A stretch of 64,000 bases of DNA from Blastocatellia bacterium. Its GTDB lineage: Bacteria > Acidobacteriota > Blastocatellia > RBC074. Within the stretch, counting starts at the first letter, position 1, and the number at the start of each line of letters is the position of its first letter. A model generated the notes under the pieces. It did not search any database. It was not told the origin of the DNA and saw only the letters and a program-made list of their open reading frames with translations. Made by a program: the position numbers and the translations under genes. Shown here one piece after another: positions 1 to 12,969 of this stretch. The stretch covers positions 18 through 64,017 of the forward strand of contig JBJXFR010000208.1 in NCBI GenBank assembly GCA_046155785.1, read 5' to 3'.

Positions 1-150
1 GGTTTTGCGCCCGTTCGACAGGATGATTGATTCGTTCGAGACAATCGAGCCGAGGTTCTTTTTGATGGCATCCTTGATGCGCTCTTTGTGGCGATCCTGA
101 TCAATGATGCCTTTGCGTTGTAACGACCAATCGTTGCGTTGGACTGACAT
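1..150 (-). CDS. yhbH: YhbH/YeaH (DUF444) family protein, N-terminal part (runs off window start)
   Basis: Manual translation from ATG at 150: MSVQRNDWSLQRKGIIDQDRHKERIKDAIKKNLGSIVSNESII, the typical YhbH N-terminus. Lies directly downstream of prkA. Confidence 0.85.
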   Translation of the reverse strand, partial: MSVQRNDWSLQRKGIIDQDRHKERIKDAIKKNLGSIVSNESIILSNGRKT

Positions 151-239
151 ACAGTTTCCAGTTTCCAGCTACCAGTTTCCAGTTTCTTGCCCTGGCTTAC
201 TGTGTTGAGCTGGGAACTGGAAACCGGAAACTGGAAACT
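151..239. repeat. Inverted pair of heptamer tandem repeats (CCAGTTT)n / (AAACTGG)n
   Basis: acagtttccagtttccagctaccagtttccagtttc ... ctgggaactggaaaccggaaactggaaact between prkA and yhbH. Confidence 0.8.
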
Positions 240-245
240 TTGGGC

Positions 246-2177
<1,932 letters not shown>

Positions 2178-2455
2178 GCTGCTACTCCTGGCCGTTAGCT
2201 TGCTGTTCAGGGTTGGACAAACTGACAGCCTGTTGTGAATTGTTGTTGTTTCGGACGGGTGTTCCGAAAGTTTTTGAAAGAAGGGATGGCGCCGTTTGTA
2301 AAGGGTTTGGCGGCGCAATGAGTTTTCAATTGCTTTCCGTACGGTTTCAATTGACCGTTCCGTCGGAGAACCTGTTCACTCGGCAAAGGGAGTATACAGC
2401 GTTTCCAGATTCAGGCTGCAAGGGAAAATAAAGTTTCTTTCCTTGCTGTTGCGCG

Positions 2456-3406
2456 TCAATTTTCCGTCTGACCATTGAACACAACGCGCGGACGCCAGAC
2501 GCATCCAACCGAGTCGAATTCGGCAATCGCCAATAATTGCCTCTGCTTATCACACAACTTCGCTTGCTCGCCATCGCGCCAATTCCCTTCGCGCTGAATG
2601 GAACGTCCGTGAGCGACAGCATTGCATTCCATTTCCTCCAATTGAATTTCTTGGAAGGGAATCGCCTCTGACATCGGACTCACCACGTCATCCACCTGAC
2701 CGGCTTCCGCCAGTTCGCTCAATCGTTCCAGGGTTACGGATTGTTCAATCCTGCTGCCACCTGCGCGAGTTCGCCGCAATGCCGTCAAATGCGCTCCGAC
2801 TCCAAGCTGTTTGCCGATGTCTTCGGCCAATGTGCGGACATAAGTCCCGGATGTGGAAACGACTCGAAAGGTGAATTCTTGCGAGGGCAAATTGTCAGCC
2901 GATTCCACCAATTCCAACTCTTTGATTTCTATTTCGATTAGTTGACGCTCTATTTCTTCGCCGCGCCGGGCGAGTTCGTGCAATCGAACTCCCCCGATTT
3001 TTTTGGCGGAATACATTGGCGGAATTTGTTGAATGCGTCCGCGAAAATGCTTCAGGGCGTCATCTATTTGCTCAATAGTGATGTGGCCGGCATCAGCAAT
3101 CGGCGACAGAGCTTTGCCGGTGAAATCGCCCGTGTCAGTGGCGAAACCCAGTCGCATTGTCGCCAGATACTCTTTGTCATCGCCGGTCAGAAATTGAACC
3201 AACCGCGTCGCTCGATTGACGCACACAACCAACACCCCGGTCGCAAACGGATCAAGCGTTCCCGTGTGGCCTACGCGCCGAGTCCGCAAAATCTTTCTGA
3301 CTTTGGCCACGACATCGTGCGAAGTCCAATCGGCAGGTTTATCTATCACCAAAATTCCATCGTTGACGAAGGGAGCGGATTTTTTGGTTTCGATTTGTTG
3401 GTTCAT
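2456..3406 (-). CDS. truB: tRNA pseudouridine(55) synthase TruB
   Basis: DKPADWTSHDVV, GHTGTLDPFATGVL, PPMYSAKK and GTYVRTLAED motifs. Confidence 0.97.
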   Translation of the reverse strand: MNQQIETKKSAPFVNDGILVIDKPADWTSHDVVAKVRKILRTRRVGHTGTLDPFATGVLVVCVNRATRLVQFLTGDDKEYLATMRLGFATDTGDFTGKALSPIADAGHITIEQIDDALKHFRGRIQQIPPMYSAKKIGGVRLHELARRGEEIERQLIEIEIKELELVESADNLPSQEFTFRVVSTSGTYVRTLAEDIGKQLGVGAHLTALRRTRAGGSRIEQSVTLERLSELAEAGQVDDVVSPMSEAIPFQEIQLEEMECNAVAHGRSIQREGNWRDGEQAKLCDKQRQLLAIAEFDSVGCVWRPRVVFNGQTEN

Positions 3407-3442
3407 AAATGACGACTATCGCCCCGCCTACCTTATTTTGCC

Positions 3443-3490
3443 AGCAAAGCGAACGGGAGCAGTTTGATAGCCGCTCCCGTTTGCTTTGCT
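3443..3490. terminator. Hairpin terminator downstream of the M14 peptidase
   Basis: agcaaagcgaacgggagc ... gctcccgtttgctttgct inverted repeat. Confidence 0.6.
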
Positions 3491-3505
3491 GCATGGATTG
3501 TTAGC

Positions 3506-6500
3506 TTACTGATCCTGTTCGCCAGTCTGACCGGCTTGCGGCTGTCCGCCTCGGCGTGGAGTCGGACGGCCAACGTGCAGGTTGTCGAAGTTCAGCGCGG
3601 CATTAAACAGCAACGCAAAGCTGCCGTGAGTTTGATGCCGCCACATCGGATTGTTGGCGAACATCACCACGTGACCTTTGCCGACGGGAACGTCAATCAC
3701 TGCCGGTTTGTTGGCAAGCTCCGAACCACCGGCGAGCATGCCGCTGGCCAACAGTTCGCGTTCGTTTGACGCAAAGCGCAACACTACTCGCGGCTGTGAT
3801 TCCGGCGGAGGCAACTGGCCTTGCACCATTGCGCGGAACTCTTCGGGAATACCATCCGTGCTCGGCGGTCTGGGAGCAGCCGGTGGCAATGGCGCGCGAC
3901 CTTGAACCTCATCCGGATCGTTCAAACCTCCGCGACCGGTCGGACGGCCTTGAGTTTGTTGGCCAAAAGCTGCGGCTGCCCCTGCGCCAAAACCTCCAAA
4001 CCCGCCGGTTTGAAACAGCGGAGCCTGATTGAAGTACACTGCCAGTTTTTCGTCGTAGCCGTAAGAAATCGGGCTTTTGCGGTCAGCGAAGCTGGCGTTA
4101 ATCACCGAACCGCGCGCCATCAGCGCCCGCGATTCCTGAATCGAAACACCTTCGGTCAATCCGAAATCAATCGGGATCGAAGCGTTGCTGCCGATGGTGA
4201 CGAACAAACCGCCGCCTTCGATAAATTTTTGCAGGTTGGCTACGCCGACAACTCCCATACCGCCGCGCATGTCTGCGGAGGTGTCAGGCGACTGACCCAT
4301 GTTCGGAGTAATGTCGGATTTCTGCCACGGCACTGGCGGTTCGCCATCGCGTTTGGCTATGCCGCGAACCAGCGATTGCGCCGAACCTCCAACAGGCCCC
4401 CAGATAATCACGTCGAATTTGTCGCGCAGATTTGCGGTGTCGCGGATCACGTGATCCGAAATGTAAGTGTAAGGAATGCCCAGCCGGTCGAATTCGATTC
4501 GATACCAGCCTTCGTTTTGAGTGTTCGTCCAGGTGTGAACCAGCGCGATGCGCGGCACGGCCAGATTGTGGCTGGCGACTTTCGGCAGTTCATCAATTCC
4601 AACAGCCGAAATGCCAAGTTCTGTGACTTCTTTGGTCAGCCGAGCGGCGAGATCCGCTGGATTGCCTTCGGTTTTGATAATGAAGGAACCGGCGTTGAAG
4701 CTCCGTTCGCCGATTTTGAAAGTGTCTTCAGCGGCGGCGATCTTCACGTCTTTCAGCCGGAAGCGAAGTTGAGCCAGCGCGCTTTCGGCGTTGTGATTGA
4801 TGACCCAACCAGCTTTGCCACTACCCGCGACATTGCCTGTGACTTTGGCCATTCCGTTAATCAAAGTCATTGGCGCGTCCAGAACTTTTACGTCTTTGAC
4901 GCGAACGGTTTTGACGTTTCTGAGCGGCCCCAGCGTCCAGCCAGTATCGTCATACGGACGCGGATCGTTGACGTTGTAATACTGCGTATCCAGCAACATA
5001 TCGGCCATCCGCGAATACGGCTGATCCATACGAACGACGTAACTGCCCGCCGGAAACTTGCCTTCTTTGGTTTCAAATTCCTTGTCGGCTTTGTGAACTT
5101 CGCAACCTTGCAGCTTCAACAAATTGACCAGATCGGCGGCTTCGTTTGGACGCGGATCATTGCCAGGCAACACCCAGGCCGCCGGGCCTTCTGTGCGAGC
5201 CTTCGCCACAGAGCGTTTGCTCTTCAGGTAAAAGTTGCTCAGGAATTTTTCCTTGTTGTTGGCGACGTGATTCATCGCCAGCAATATGCCGCTCTGCTGC
5301 AAATTGACGTTATTACGAAGTGACCATTTCACGCGCGCCAGCGGCGGATTCGGGCGAAACCATGTGCGTTCGCTCTGGTTGCCAACTACGCGGTCTTGAG
5401 TGTCGGCTCCGCCGTTGCCGAAGGTTTCGTAAAAGCGGCCAATCGAATTGTGTCCGTTGGCGACGTAAAACATGTAATTCGGCGCCCAGCCATCGTAAAA
5501 GCCATGCGTCCACACGCCGGGCACGCCGCGTTTCGTCATCTCTTCGATCTCGTGATAAGCCAGGTCTTGCCATTCGCTGACGACAATCGGATCAAGCCAT
5601 GAATTGTACGGACCTGTTCCCGTAGAGGTGTAAAGGAACGGAACCGATTCGTGCAGGTCGTGCAGCACCGTCGGATGGTAATCCAGAAAATGCGCCATCT
5701 GGTTTCGCGTCAGCGCCAAAGCCATTCCCATCGAATCGCGGTTGTTGTCGTGGGCGACGTATTTGCCCCAGTACAACAACGACGGCGCGCGTTTGCCTTC
5801 GTTCGCTTTGCGCCAGTTGTACAGGTCAACCATCATGTCGCGCCCGTCAACTTCCAGCGTGGGCGTAATCAGCACGATCACGTTTTTGCGAATCTGCTGG
5901 ATGAAAGGCGATTCTTCGACGGCCAGCCGGTAAGCCATTTCCATCAACATTTCCGGGCTGCCAGTTTCTGGCGAATGGATCGAACCCGAAGCCCAGTAAA
6001 TGGCCTTGCCTTCGCCGATCAACGCTTTGGCCTGTTCGTCGTTGGTGCGGCGCGGGTCTGCCAGGCGCGCAGTGATGTCTTTGTATTTGGCCAGATTCGC
6101 AATCGAAGCCTCGTCGCCGACGGCAATCAACAACTGCTCGCGGCCAAGCTCGCTCTTTTCCGGCGCGGTGAAAACCTTGACGCGCGGCGTCGCCTTTTCC
6201 AGTTCGCGGTAATAACGAAACTGATCTTTGGTGTAAGTCAGCTTGTTCGGCGTGCCAACCGGATAACCGATGACTTTGGCCGGAGTCGGAACTTTGTCCG
6301 AAGCCGGAAGATGGTCAACGATCTCGGTCAGGAACTGTTTGTCGGTCGTGTTTTTGAGAATTGATTCGGTGTATTCCTTGTCAATTTGCTGTGGCTGATC
6401 GCTTTTGGCAGCGGGCGCTACCGTAGCTTTCTTTGCTCCCTGAGCAAACGCCGGATTGGTAACAAGCGAAACGAGCAAAGCGACAAGCGCAACATGCGCG

Positions 6501-6535
6501 ACGACGCTTCGCGGCTTAAATGGCGAGCGAGTCAT
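3506..6535 (-). CDS. Secreted M14 family zinc carboxypeptidase
   Basis: Signal peptide; IHSPE (HxxE), DNNRD and HDLHE zinc ligands. Start MTRSPFK behind GGAGG. Confidence 0.85.
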   Translation of the reverse strand: MTRSPFKPRSVVAHVALVALLVSLVTNPAFAQGAKKATVAPAAKSDQPQQIDKEYTESILKNTTDKQFLTEIVDHLPASDKVPTPAKVIGYPVGTPNKLTYTKDQFRYYRELEKATPRVKVFTAPEKSELGREQLLIAVGDEASIANLAKYKDITARLADPRRTNDEQAKALIGEGKAIYWASGSIHSPETGSPEMLMEMAYRLAVEESPFIQQIRKNVIVLITPTLEVDGRDMMVDLYNWRKANEGKRAPSLLYWGKYVAHDNNRDSMGMALALTRNQMAHFLDYHPTVLHDLHESVPFLYTSTGTGPYNSWLDPIVVSEWQDLAYHEIEEMTKRGVPGVWTHGFYDGWAPNYMFYVANGHNSIGRFYETFGNGGADTQDRVVGNQSERTWFRPNPPLARVKWSLRNNVNLQQSGILLAMNHVANNKEKFLSNFYLKSKRSVAKARTEGPAAWVLPGNDPRPNEAADLVNLLKLQGCEVHKADKEFETKEGKFPAGSYVVRMDQPYSRMADMLLDTQYYNVNDPRPYDDTGWTLGPLRNVKTVRVKDVKVLDAPMTLINGMAKVTGNVAGSGKAGWVINHNAESALAQLRFRLKDVKIAAAEDTFKIGERSFNAGSFIIKTEGNPADLAARLTKEVTELGISAVGIDELPKVASHNLAVPRIALVHTWTNTQNEGWYRIEFDRLGIPYTYISDHVIRDTANLRDKFDVIIWGPVGGSAQSLVRGIAKRDGEPPVPWQKSDITPNMGQSPDTSADMRGGMGVVGVANLQKFIEGGGLFVTIGSNASIPIDFGLTEGVSIQESRALMARGSVINASFADRKSPISYGYDEKLAVYFNQAPLFQTGGFGGFGAGAAAAFGQQTQGRPTGRGGLNDPDEVQGRAPLPPAAPRPPSTDGIPEEFRAMVQGQLPPPESQPRVVLRFASNERELLASGMLAGGSELANKPAVIDVPVGKGHVVMFANNPMWRHQTHGSFALLFNAALNFDNLHVGRPTPRRGGQPQAGQTGEQDQ

Positions 6536-6725
6536 AACTGGCCTCCGATGGAAATGTTGTTTCGTGGTTCGCGCGAATGAACTGCGCGGTTTGATGAGTT
6601 CAATTGCTCTGACGGGCGGCAGTATCTGGCGGTTACGAGCTTTAGGCAAGATGAGCCAAGTTATAGTGAAAATGGGTTTACAACCGCCTTTCTGAAATGT
6701 CAGAGTCAGCAAAGAGGAACACACA

Positions 6726-7577
6726 ATGACCGAGACAAACCAACGTCCATTTACCTTTTCCGACCTGGCGTTATCGCGCCGCCTGGAGCGCACGGAAGCA
6801 ACGGCTTGCGCTGAATTCGTAGAAGCGCGCGCCAAATTCTTTCCCGACAGCGGAGCTTGCTGGACTGAAGCGGCGGGAGCATACGCGATGTTTGATGGCG
6901 TGGGTTCGCCGTTGACGCAGACATTTGGACTTGGCGTGTTTGAACCGGTGACAGCGGAAGTACTCGACCAGTTGGAGACGTTTTTCCGTGAACACGGCTC
7001 GGATGTCTTTCACGAAATCAGCCCGATGGCTGATCAATCTTTGTTGACGCTGTTGGGCGAACGCGGCTATCAGCCTATGGAACTGACCAGCGTGATGTTC
7101 CGGCCAATTGAACGAGGCGTCGGTTTGTCGGCAAAGGTCAACGATCAGATCAACATTCGTCTGGTTGGAAAAGATGACGAAGCCAATCACGAATTATGGG
7201 CGCAAACCGGAGCCAAAGGCTGGAGCAGCGAAGGTGATTTCGGTGACATGATTTTAGAGCTATCCCGGCTGACGGTGAAAAAGGGAATTGTTCCGGCGTT
7301 TCTGGCGGAGCTTGATGGGCAGGCGATTGCCACTGGCGCTTTGAGCATTACTGACGGCGTGGCTTTGCTGGCGGGAGCCAGCACCATTCCCGAAGGCCGC
7401 AAACAGGGAGCGCAACTGGCTTTGCTGGACGCTCGGTTGCGATACGCGGCGGAACAAGGTTGCGATCTGGCGATGATGTGCGCCGCTCCGGGCAGCTCGT
7501 CTCAACGCAACGCCGAGCGGCAGGGATTCCGCATCGCTTACACTCGAATCAAATGGCAACTTGTCCAGGCCACGTAA
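6726..7577 (+). CDS. GNAT family N-acetyltransferase
   Basis: C-terminal T-x-P-x-x-R-x-x-G-AQ acetyl-CoA loop and SSSQRNAERQGF motif. Confidence 0.8.
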   Translation: MTETNQRPFTFSDLALSRRLERTEATACAEFVEARAKFFPDSGACWTEAAGAYAMFDGVGSPLTQTFGLGVFEPVTAEVLDQLETFFREHGSDVFHEISPMADQSLLTLLGERGYQPMELTSVMFRPIERGVGLSAKVNDQINIRLVGKDDEANHELWAQTGAKGWSSEGDFGDMILELSRLTVKKGIVPAFLAELDGQAIATGALSITDGVALLAGASTIPEGRKQGAQLALLDARLRYAAEQGCDLAMMCAAPGSSSQRNAERQGFRIAYTRIKWQLVQAT

Positions 7578-7599
7578 ACGTGCAGGAGCATTTCAAAAG

Positions 7600-7627
7600 A
7601 AACGGCGACCACAGTGGGTCGCCGTTT
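7600..7627. terminator. Rho-independent terminator, probably bidirectional
   Basis: aaacggcgacc-acagtg-ggtcgccgttt between convergent genes. Confidence 0.7.
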
Positions 7628-7674
7628 TGAGTTTTAGCAATTGCCGGTTTTTACCAGATCAGTTTTCAGTTTGG

Positions 7675-7749
7675 TGTAGGGCAGATTTTTCAATCTTCCT
7701 GGAGTCTCGCATTGCTGAGACATCAGCAGGTTAGAAAACCTGCCTTACA
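7675..7749. repeat. GTAG-type REP doublet
   Basis: tgtagggcagatttttcaatcttcc ... gcaggttagaaaacctgccttaca: inverted, GTAG-headed imperfect palindromes. Confidence 0.55.
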
Positions 7750-7766
7750 TTCATTTGCAAACCTAC

Positions 7767-9407
7767 CTAAGCCGTCTTATTTCTTAGCTTGCTGTGTTTG
7801 TAGCCATAAACGAAGTAAAGCAATAAACCAATTCCCATCCATACAATCAGACGAATCCAGGTGTCTTTGGGCAGGCTGGCCATCAGCAAAATGCTGGTGA
7901 TGGCTGACAGCGGAGCCACAATCCAGACTGCCGGTACTTTGAACGGGCGATGCAAGTCGGGTCTGGTTTTTCTGAGTACCAGAATGCCGATGGACACAAT
8001 CACAAACGCGAACAACGTTCCGATGCTGACCAGTTCGCCCAGCAAGCTGATCGGAACCAGCGCGGCCATAATTGCCACAATCCCGCCGGTAATCAACGTC
8101 GTGATCCACGGAGTGCGATACTTCGGGTGAATAACGGCTGCCCATTCAGGCAACAGACCATCTTTCGCCATTGAATAAAACACGCGAGGCTGGCCCATCA
8201 TCATCACGACCATTGTCGAACTCAGTCCCAAAACCGCGCCAGCTTTGATAATCAGCGAAAACGAGCTTAGCAACCAGCTTATGACCGAACCGCCAACAGC
8301 TTGTTTCGCAGCAGCGTCAATGGCCACGGCAATCGGAGCCGCAGCTTCTTTGAGCTGGGTGTAAGAAACCAGTCCAACCATGATTCCCGAAACCAGAATG
8401 TAAAGAACGGTGCAGATCAACAACGAGCCAATGATGGCTCTTGGCATATCCTTCTGCGGATTTTTGGCTTCCTGCGCGGCAGTCGAAACCGCGTCGAAAC
8501 CGATGTAAGCAAAGAAAATGACTGCGGCTCCGGTGAAAATTCCGCTGATGCCGAATTCGCCAAAAACACCAGTGTTGGGCGGAATGAACCTGGCGCAATC
8601 ACCAACGCCGGGCGTGCATCCCATTCCCAGATTGTGCGTATTGACGTAACCGATTCCCGCGATGATGAACAGAACTACGACCGTGATTTTGACCATCACG
8701 ATGACGGAGTTGAAATTGGCCGATTCCTGAATTCCTTTGACCAGCAACAAGGTGATGGCAATGGAAATAATGAAAGCCGGAAGATTGAAAACTGCTGTTT
8801 CAATCGGCGCGCTGATGCCAGCTTGTGACAAAGCCTGGCCCAGTTCAGTGGTCAAGGTGTTGAATCCGGCTGCGGGGTGCAAGATCGTGTCGCCGATTTT
8901 GACGTTATCGAGTTGGGTGGCCATTGCCTCTGTCAAATTGACGAATTTGATTCCCGGAGCCGCGCTCAGCTTGATCGGAAATTGAATGCCAAAGTTCCCC
9001 AACAAACTGACAACATTGCCAGACCAGCCCGCTGCCACTGTCGCCGCGCCAAAAGCGTATTCAAGAATTAAATCCCAACCGATTATCCATGCGACGAATT
9101 CGCCCAGGGTGGCGTACCCATACGCATAAGCCGAACCTGAAATCGGCACACTGGCGGCAAACTCTGAATAACAAAGGGCGGCAAACAGACTGACGATGCC
9201 CGCGATAATCATTGAAATGACAACCGCTGGCCCGGCGTGCTTGCCCGCAGCCTGTCCGGTCAGAACGAAAATACCTGTGCCGATGATTGCGCCGATTCCC
9301 AGCATCGTCAGCGCAGTAACGCTCAGGGTTTTCTTCAGAGTTTGTTCGCCTTCGGCTCCGGCCTCGGCGATGATTTGGTCAATTGGCTTGGTAGCAAACA
9401 ATGACAT
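7767..9407 (-). CDS. APC family amino acid permease (cationic amino acid transporter-like)
   Basis: [34 protein letters not shown]; many TM helices. Confidence 0.92.
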   Translation of the reverse strand: MSLFATKPIDQIIAEAGAEGEQTLKKTLSVTALTMLGIGAIIGTGIFVLTGQAAGKHAGPAVVISMIIAGIVSLFAALCYSEFAASVPISGSAYAYGYATLGEFVAWIIGWDLILEYAFGAATVAAGWSGNVVSLLGNFGIQFPIKLSAAPGIKFVNLTEAMATQLDNVKIGDTILHPAAGFNTLTTELGQALSQAGISAPIETAVFNLPAFIISIAITLLLVKGIQESANFNSVIVMVKITVVVLFIIAGIGYVNTHNLGMGCTPGVGDCARFIPPNTGVFGEFGISGIFTGAAVIFFAYIGFDAVSTAAQEAKNPQKDMPRAIIGSLLICTVLYILVSGIMVGLVSYTQLKEAAAPIAVAIDAAAKQAVGGSVISWLLSSFSLIIKAGAVLGLSSTMVVMMMGQPRVFYSMAKDGLLPEWAAVIHPKYRTPWITTLITGGIVAIMAALVPISLLGELVSIGTLFAFVIVSIGILVLRKTRPDLHRPFKVPAVWIVAPLSAITSILLMASLPKDTWIRLIVWMGIGLLLYFVYGYKHSKLRNKTA

Positions 9408-9664
9408 CCTAGTCCTCCTTAGCCTGATTAGAAGCAGGCCGGTTCGAGTTTACTCAAGTAATGCTGTGTTCAGCAGAGAAATTGTTTTGAAGTTCGACTG
9501 CGTGTGGGATCGCGGTGTGATCAAAAGCGTTTGGCGATCCCGAAGTGGTGCATACTCTAAACGCAACCTTCGGAAAGCGTCAATGTCTTAACAGAAATCA
9601 TCTTTGAGGCTGGCGCAGCGCCACCACGCGCTAAAAGCCGTTTTTCCATTCAGCCAGCCGCTTG

Positions 9665-11209
9665 CTACGCTCGCGGTACCGCGGGTGCGCGCCAGAAAAA
9701 GTAAACCGGCACGCCCGATAACACGATCAACAACCCCGGCCAGGTCGTCGCCGTTTGATAAGCAAACAGCACAATCAGAATTACCGCCGCTCCGATGATG
9801 TAAAGCGCGGGCACGACCGGATAGCCAAACGCTTTGTAAGGACGATCAGCGTTTGGTTGTTTGCCGCGCATCACGAAGATTCCGGCAATCGTCAAAATGT
9901 AAAAAATCAAAGCCGCTGAAATCACGTAAGTCAGCAGGTCTCCGTATAGATTGCCGTAACTGCCATCGGATTTGATTGTGCGAGGCAAAACCAGCACAGC
10001 CGCCAGCAAGCCTTGAATCCACAATCCCCAGGCCGGGACAGCATTGTGGTTCAACTCGCCTGCTCGCTTGAAAAACAATCCATCGCGCGACATCGCGTAA
10101 TAAGCTCGCGCCCCGGCCAGAATCAATCCGTTGTTGCAGCCAAAGGTCGAAACCAACATCACCGCCGCCATCAGCGTCGCGCCAAAGCCTGGAAAAACTA
10201 CGTTGGCAGTCGCGGCAGCAACTCGGTCGCTGGGAACTTGCTGAATGGTTTCCAGCGGCAGCGAAACCAGATAGGCAACATTCGCCAGCAGATACAGAGT
10301 AATGACCAGTCCGGTTCCCATCGCCAGCGAGAGCGGGATGTTGCGTTTTGGGTCTTTCACTTCTCCGGCGGTGAAGGTGATATTGTTCCAGGCGTCGGCG
10401 GAAAACAGCGAATTGGTTTGCGACACGCACAAGCCGACAAACAATCCGAAAGTCGTCGCAGCGGTCAAACCATGGCCGACATCCTGCAAAGCGCCACGCA
10501 CCGACCATAAGTTGTCGAAGTTCGCGTGAATGGCTTCAGAGTTCCAACCGACAAACACGCCCAGCACTATCAGTGCGATCAAACCGCCTGTCTTGGCTAC
10601 TGTAAAAACGTTTTGAACCAGTTTGCCCAACTTCAGCCCGCGAGTGTTCATCCACGTCAGCAGCGCGATCAGCAGCATGCCGACAAGTTGCGCCGTTGAA
10701 AGCGAAACGGCATAACCGGCTCCCAGATTTATCGGTTTGACGATGTAATTCGTTTCAGAAACCCCTGGCCACAGCACGCCCAGAAAGCGCGCAAAGCCCA
10801 CGGCCACCGCCGCTATCGTTCCGGTTTGAATAACCAGAAACAGCGTCCAACCATAAAGAAATCCCCACAGCGGAGAAAAGGCTTCGCGCAGATAAACGTA
10901 TTGGCCGCCGGCTTTTGGCATCATCGCGGCCAGTTCGCCATAACTGAGCGCGCCGACAATTGTTAGAAAGCCGGTCACTAACCAGGCCACCAGCAACCAT
11001 CCGGGTGAACCGACTTGCCGAGCCATATCCGCCGAAACAATGAAGATGCCCGATCCGATCATCGAACCCGCGACGATCATCGTCGAATCCAGCAAGCCCA
11101 AGCCACGAACGAATTTTTCTTCCTGAGCCATAAGCGAAGTAAAAAGGGCGATTCGTTTCCGAACCGCCCTTGGTGTTTGGATTGTCGCGTCGAGCGACAC
11201 TTCCCCCAT
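9665..11209 (-). CDS. APC family amino acid permease (alternative start ATG at 11131)
   Basis: GSMIGSGIF, PKAGGQYVYL, DAWNNITFTAGEVKDP, RPYKAFGYP. Confidence 0.9.
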   Translation of the reverse strand: MGEVSLDATIQTPRAVRKRIALFTSLMAQEEKFVRGLGLLDSTMIVAGSMIGSGIFIVSADMARQVGSPGWLLVAWLVTGFLTIVGALSYGELAAMMPKAGGQYVYLREAFSPLWGFLYGWTLFLVIQTGTIAAVAVGFARFLGVLWPGVSETNYIVKPINLGAGYAVSLSTAQLVGMLLIALLTWMNTRGLKLGKLVQNVFTVAKTGGLIALIVLGVFVGWNSEAIHANFDNLWSVRGALQDVGHGLTAATTFGLFVGLCVSQTNSLFSADAWNNITFTAGEVKDPKRNIPLSLAMGTGLVITLYLLANVAYLVSLPLETIQQVPSDRVAAATANVVFPGFGATLMAAVMLVSTFGCNNGLILAGARAYYAMSRDGLFFKRAGELNHNAVPAWGLWIQGLLAAVLVLPRTIKSDGSYGNLYGDLLTYVISAALIFYILTIAGIFVMRGKQPNADRPYKAFGYPVVPALYIIGAAVILIVLFAYQTATTWPGLLIVLSGVPVYFFWRAPAVPRA

Positions 11210-11217
11210 TGTTTCGA

Positions 11218-12654
11218 TTACTTGCCCGGTGATGGGGCAGGCGCTGGTTGTTGAGTTGGTTGCTGAACCTGTGCCGGAGTTTCTTTCTTGACGAACTTGT
11301 CTTGAATCAATCGCCAGCCGTCATTGCCGAATACGAACACCATCAGCGCCAGAACAATCACCAACCCAACGCTTTGAATTCGTTCGCGCAATCGCAACGA
11401 CATCGTCAATCCAATCAACCCCATCAACCATTCGATAAAAATCGTGACGATCATTCCGCCATCCAGCACGGGGATTGGCAGCAAATTGAACACGCCCAGG
11501 TTCAAGCTAATCATCGCTGCCCAAGGGATCAGTCCAACCCAGCCTTCGCTTTCAACGACGTTGCCAGTTTGCCGAGCCATATCAATCGGGCCTGACACAG
11601 TGTTACGAACCGAGCGCTTACCTTCAAAAATCTGACCGAAGGCAACGCCGGTGATTCGCAAAATTCGCCAGTTGTAAGCCCATCCATATCGCAGAGCTTC
11701 AACAAGCGAAGAAGTTTTCTGCATGACCAAATCGGTCGCCAACGGCGCGCGTTCAAACCCCAGCCGATACTCTCCTGAAACCAGCGCGGGCGTGGCCTGA
11801 ATATCCAGGCCCTGGTCGCCACGTTTAACTTGCAATGTGACGGGTTGGCCGTTGCTCTCATTCAACGCATTTTTGAATTGATGCCACGATGTGATTGGCA
11901 GGCCATTGATTCCGACGATCCGGTCTTTGGATTGAAGCCCCGCCAGAGCCGCGGGCTTTCCGGCTTCAACAGCTTTCACGCCGATTTCTTTGATGCTGAC
12001 AAGGGGCTGAAATCCGGCGTCTCCCACTTTGTCACGCCCGGAATCCACAGAGGCAGGCGTCAACGTCAGACTCAGAGTTTGTCCGTTACGATCCACCGTC
12101 AACGGTAATGGGTCGCTGGGTTTGACGTGAATTTGCAGCAGCAAATCATCCCAAGTCGGCTTCTTCATTCCGTCAAACGTCAAAATCTTGTCGCCCGGCA
12201 ATAGCCCGGCTTTTTCTGCCGCTGAGCCTTTGTCAACGTACCCGACCACGGGTTGCTGCATTTGATCGGCGCTGACCCTGAACCCAATCAGAATGGCGAC
12301 GGTTGGAATCGCCAGCGCAAACACGATGTTGAACGCTGGGCCTGCCAGAGCCACCAAAAAACGTTTCCATTTGGGGTGGGAGTTGAATTCGTCTTCGGGA
12401 GCGTCGCTTTTGCCCTGCAACATCTCCATATTTTCGCCGCGAAAGCGGACGTAACCGCCCAGCGGAATCAGGCTCAGACGAAAATCCGTGCCTCCGATTT
12501 CGATTCCCCACAACCGTTTGCCAAAACCGACTGAAAAAACTTCAGCGCCGATGCCCAGCATCTTGGCGACAATGAAATGGCCGAATTCGTGAATCACGAC
12601 CAAAACGCACAGCACAATGGCAAAGGGGATAATCGTGTTAAATAGAACTTGCAT
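11218..12654 (-). CDS. rseP: RIP metalloprotease RseP (M50, two PDZ domains)
   Basis: HEFGH, AGPAFN, NLLPIPVLDGG; two PDZ-like segments. Confidence 0.95.
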   Translation of the reverse strand: MQVLFNTIIPFAIVLCVLVVIHEFGHFIVAKMLGIGAEVFSVGFGKRLWGIEIGGTDFRLSLIPLGGYVRFRGENMEMLQGKSDAPEDEFNSHPKWKRFLVALAGPAFNIVFALAIPTVAILIGFRVSADQMQQPVVGYVDKGSAAEKAGLLPGDKILTFDGMKKPTWDDLLLQIHVKPSDPLPLTVDRNGQTLSLTLTPASVDSGRDKVGDAGFQPLVSIKEIGVKAVEAGKPAALAGLQSKDRIVGINGLPITSWHQFKNALNESNGQPVTLQVKRGDQGLDIQATPALVSGEYRLGFERAPLATDLVMQKTSSLVEALRYGWAYNWRILRITGVAFGQIFEGKRSVRNTVSGPIDMARQTGNVVESEGWVGLIPWAAMISLNLGVFNLLPIPVLDGGMIVTIFIEWLMGLIGLTMSLRLRERIQSVGLVIVLALMVFVFGNDGWRLIQDKFVKKETPAQVQQPTQQPAPAPSPGK

Positions 12655-12969
12655 GACTTCCTCACTCCTTCAGTACAGGCTATTACCACTTTGATTGCCG
12701 CCTAGCCTAAAAAAAACGGCGGCTGCGGTGTTCAAATCCTCTTCTCCGACGCACTGCCAAGCAGTCTATTTCAGCCCGGCAACCGTGTCAAAGTCGCGGT
12801 TATAAAGTCAGTACGAGCCTTTCTTTACAAGGCACTACCGTAATTTGTGTGGGAAGTAGCAATATTCTCGAATAGGTATAGTAATCCGCCTCTCTGAACT
12901 TGATGGGGTTAAACGATCTAAATCTAACAGAATCAACACTGCGATCTATCACTATTACAGAGGCAAACA

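Noticed and set aside
3821-5323. 500-aa + strand ORF and other long antisense ORFs (e.g. 18906..19871, 62601..63545)
   Set aside because: Shadow frames opposite well-supported genes, with no motifs or RBS.
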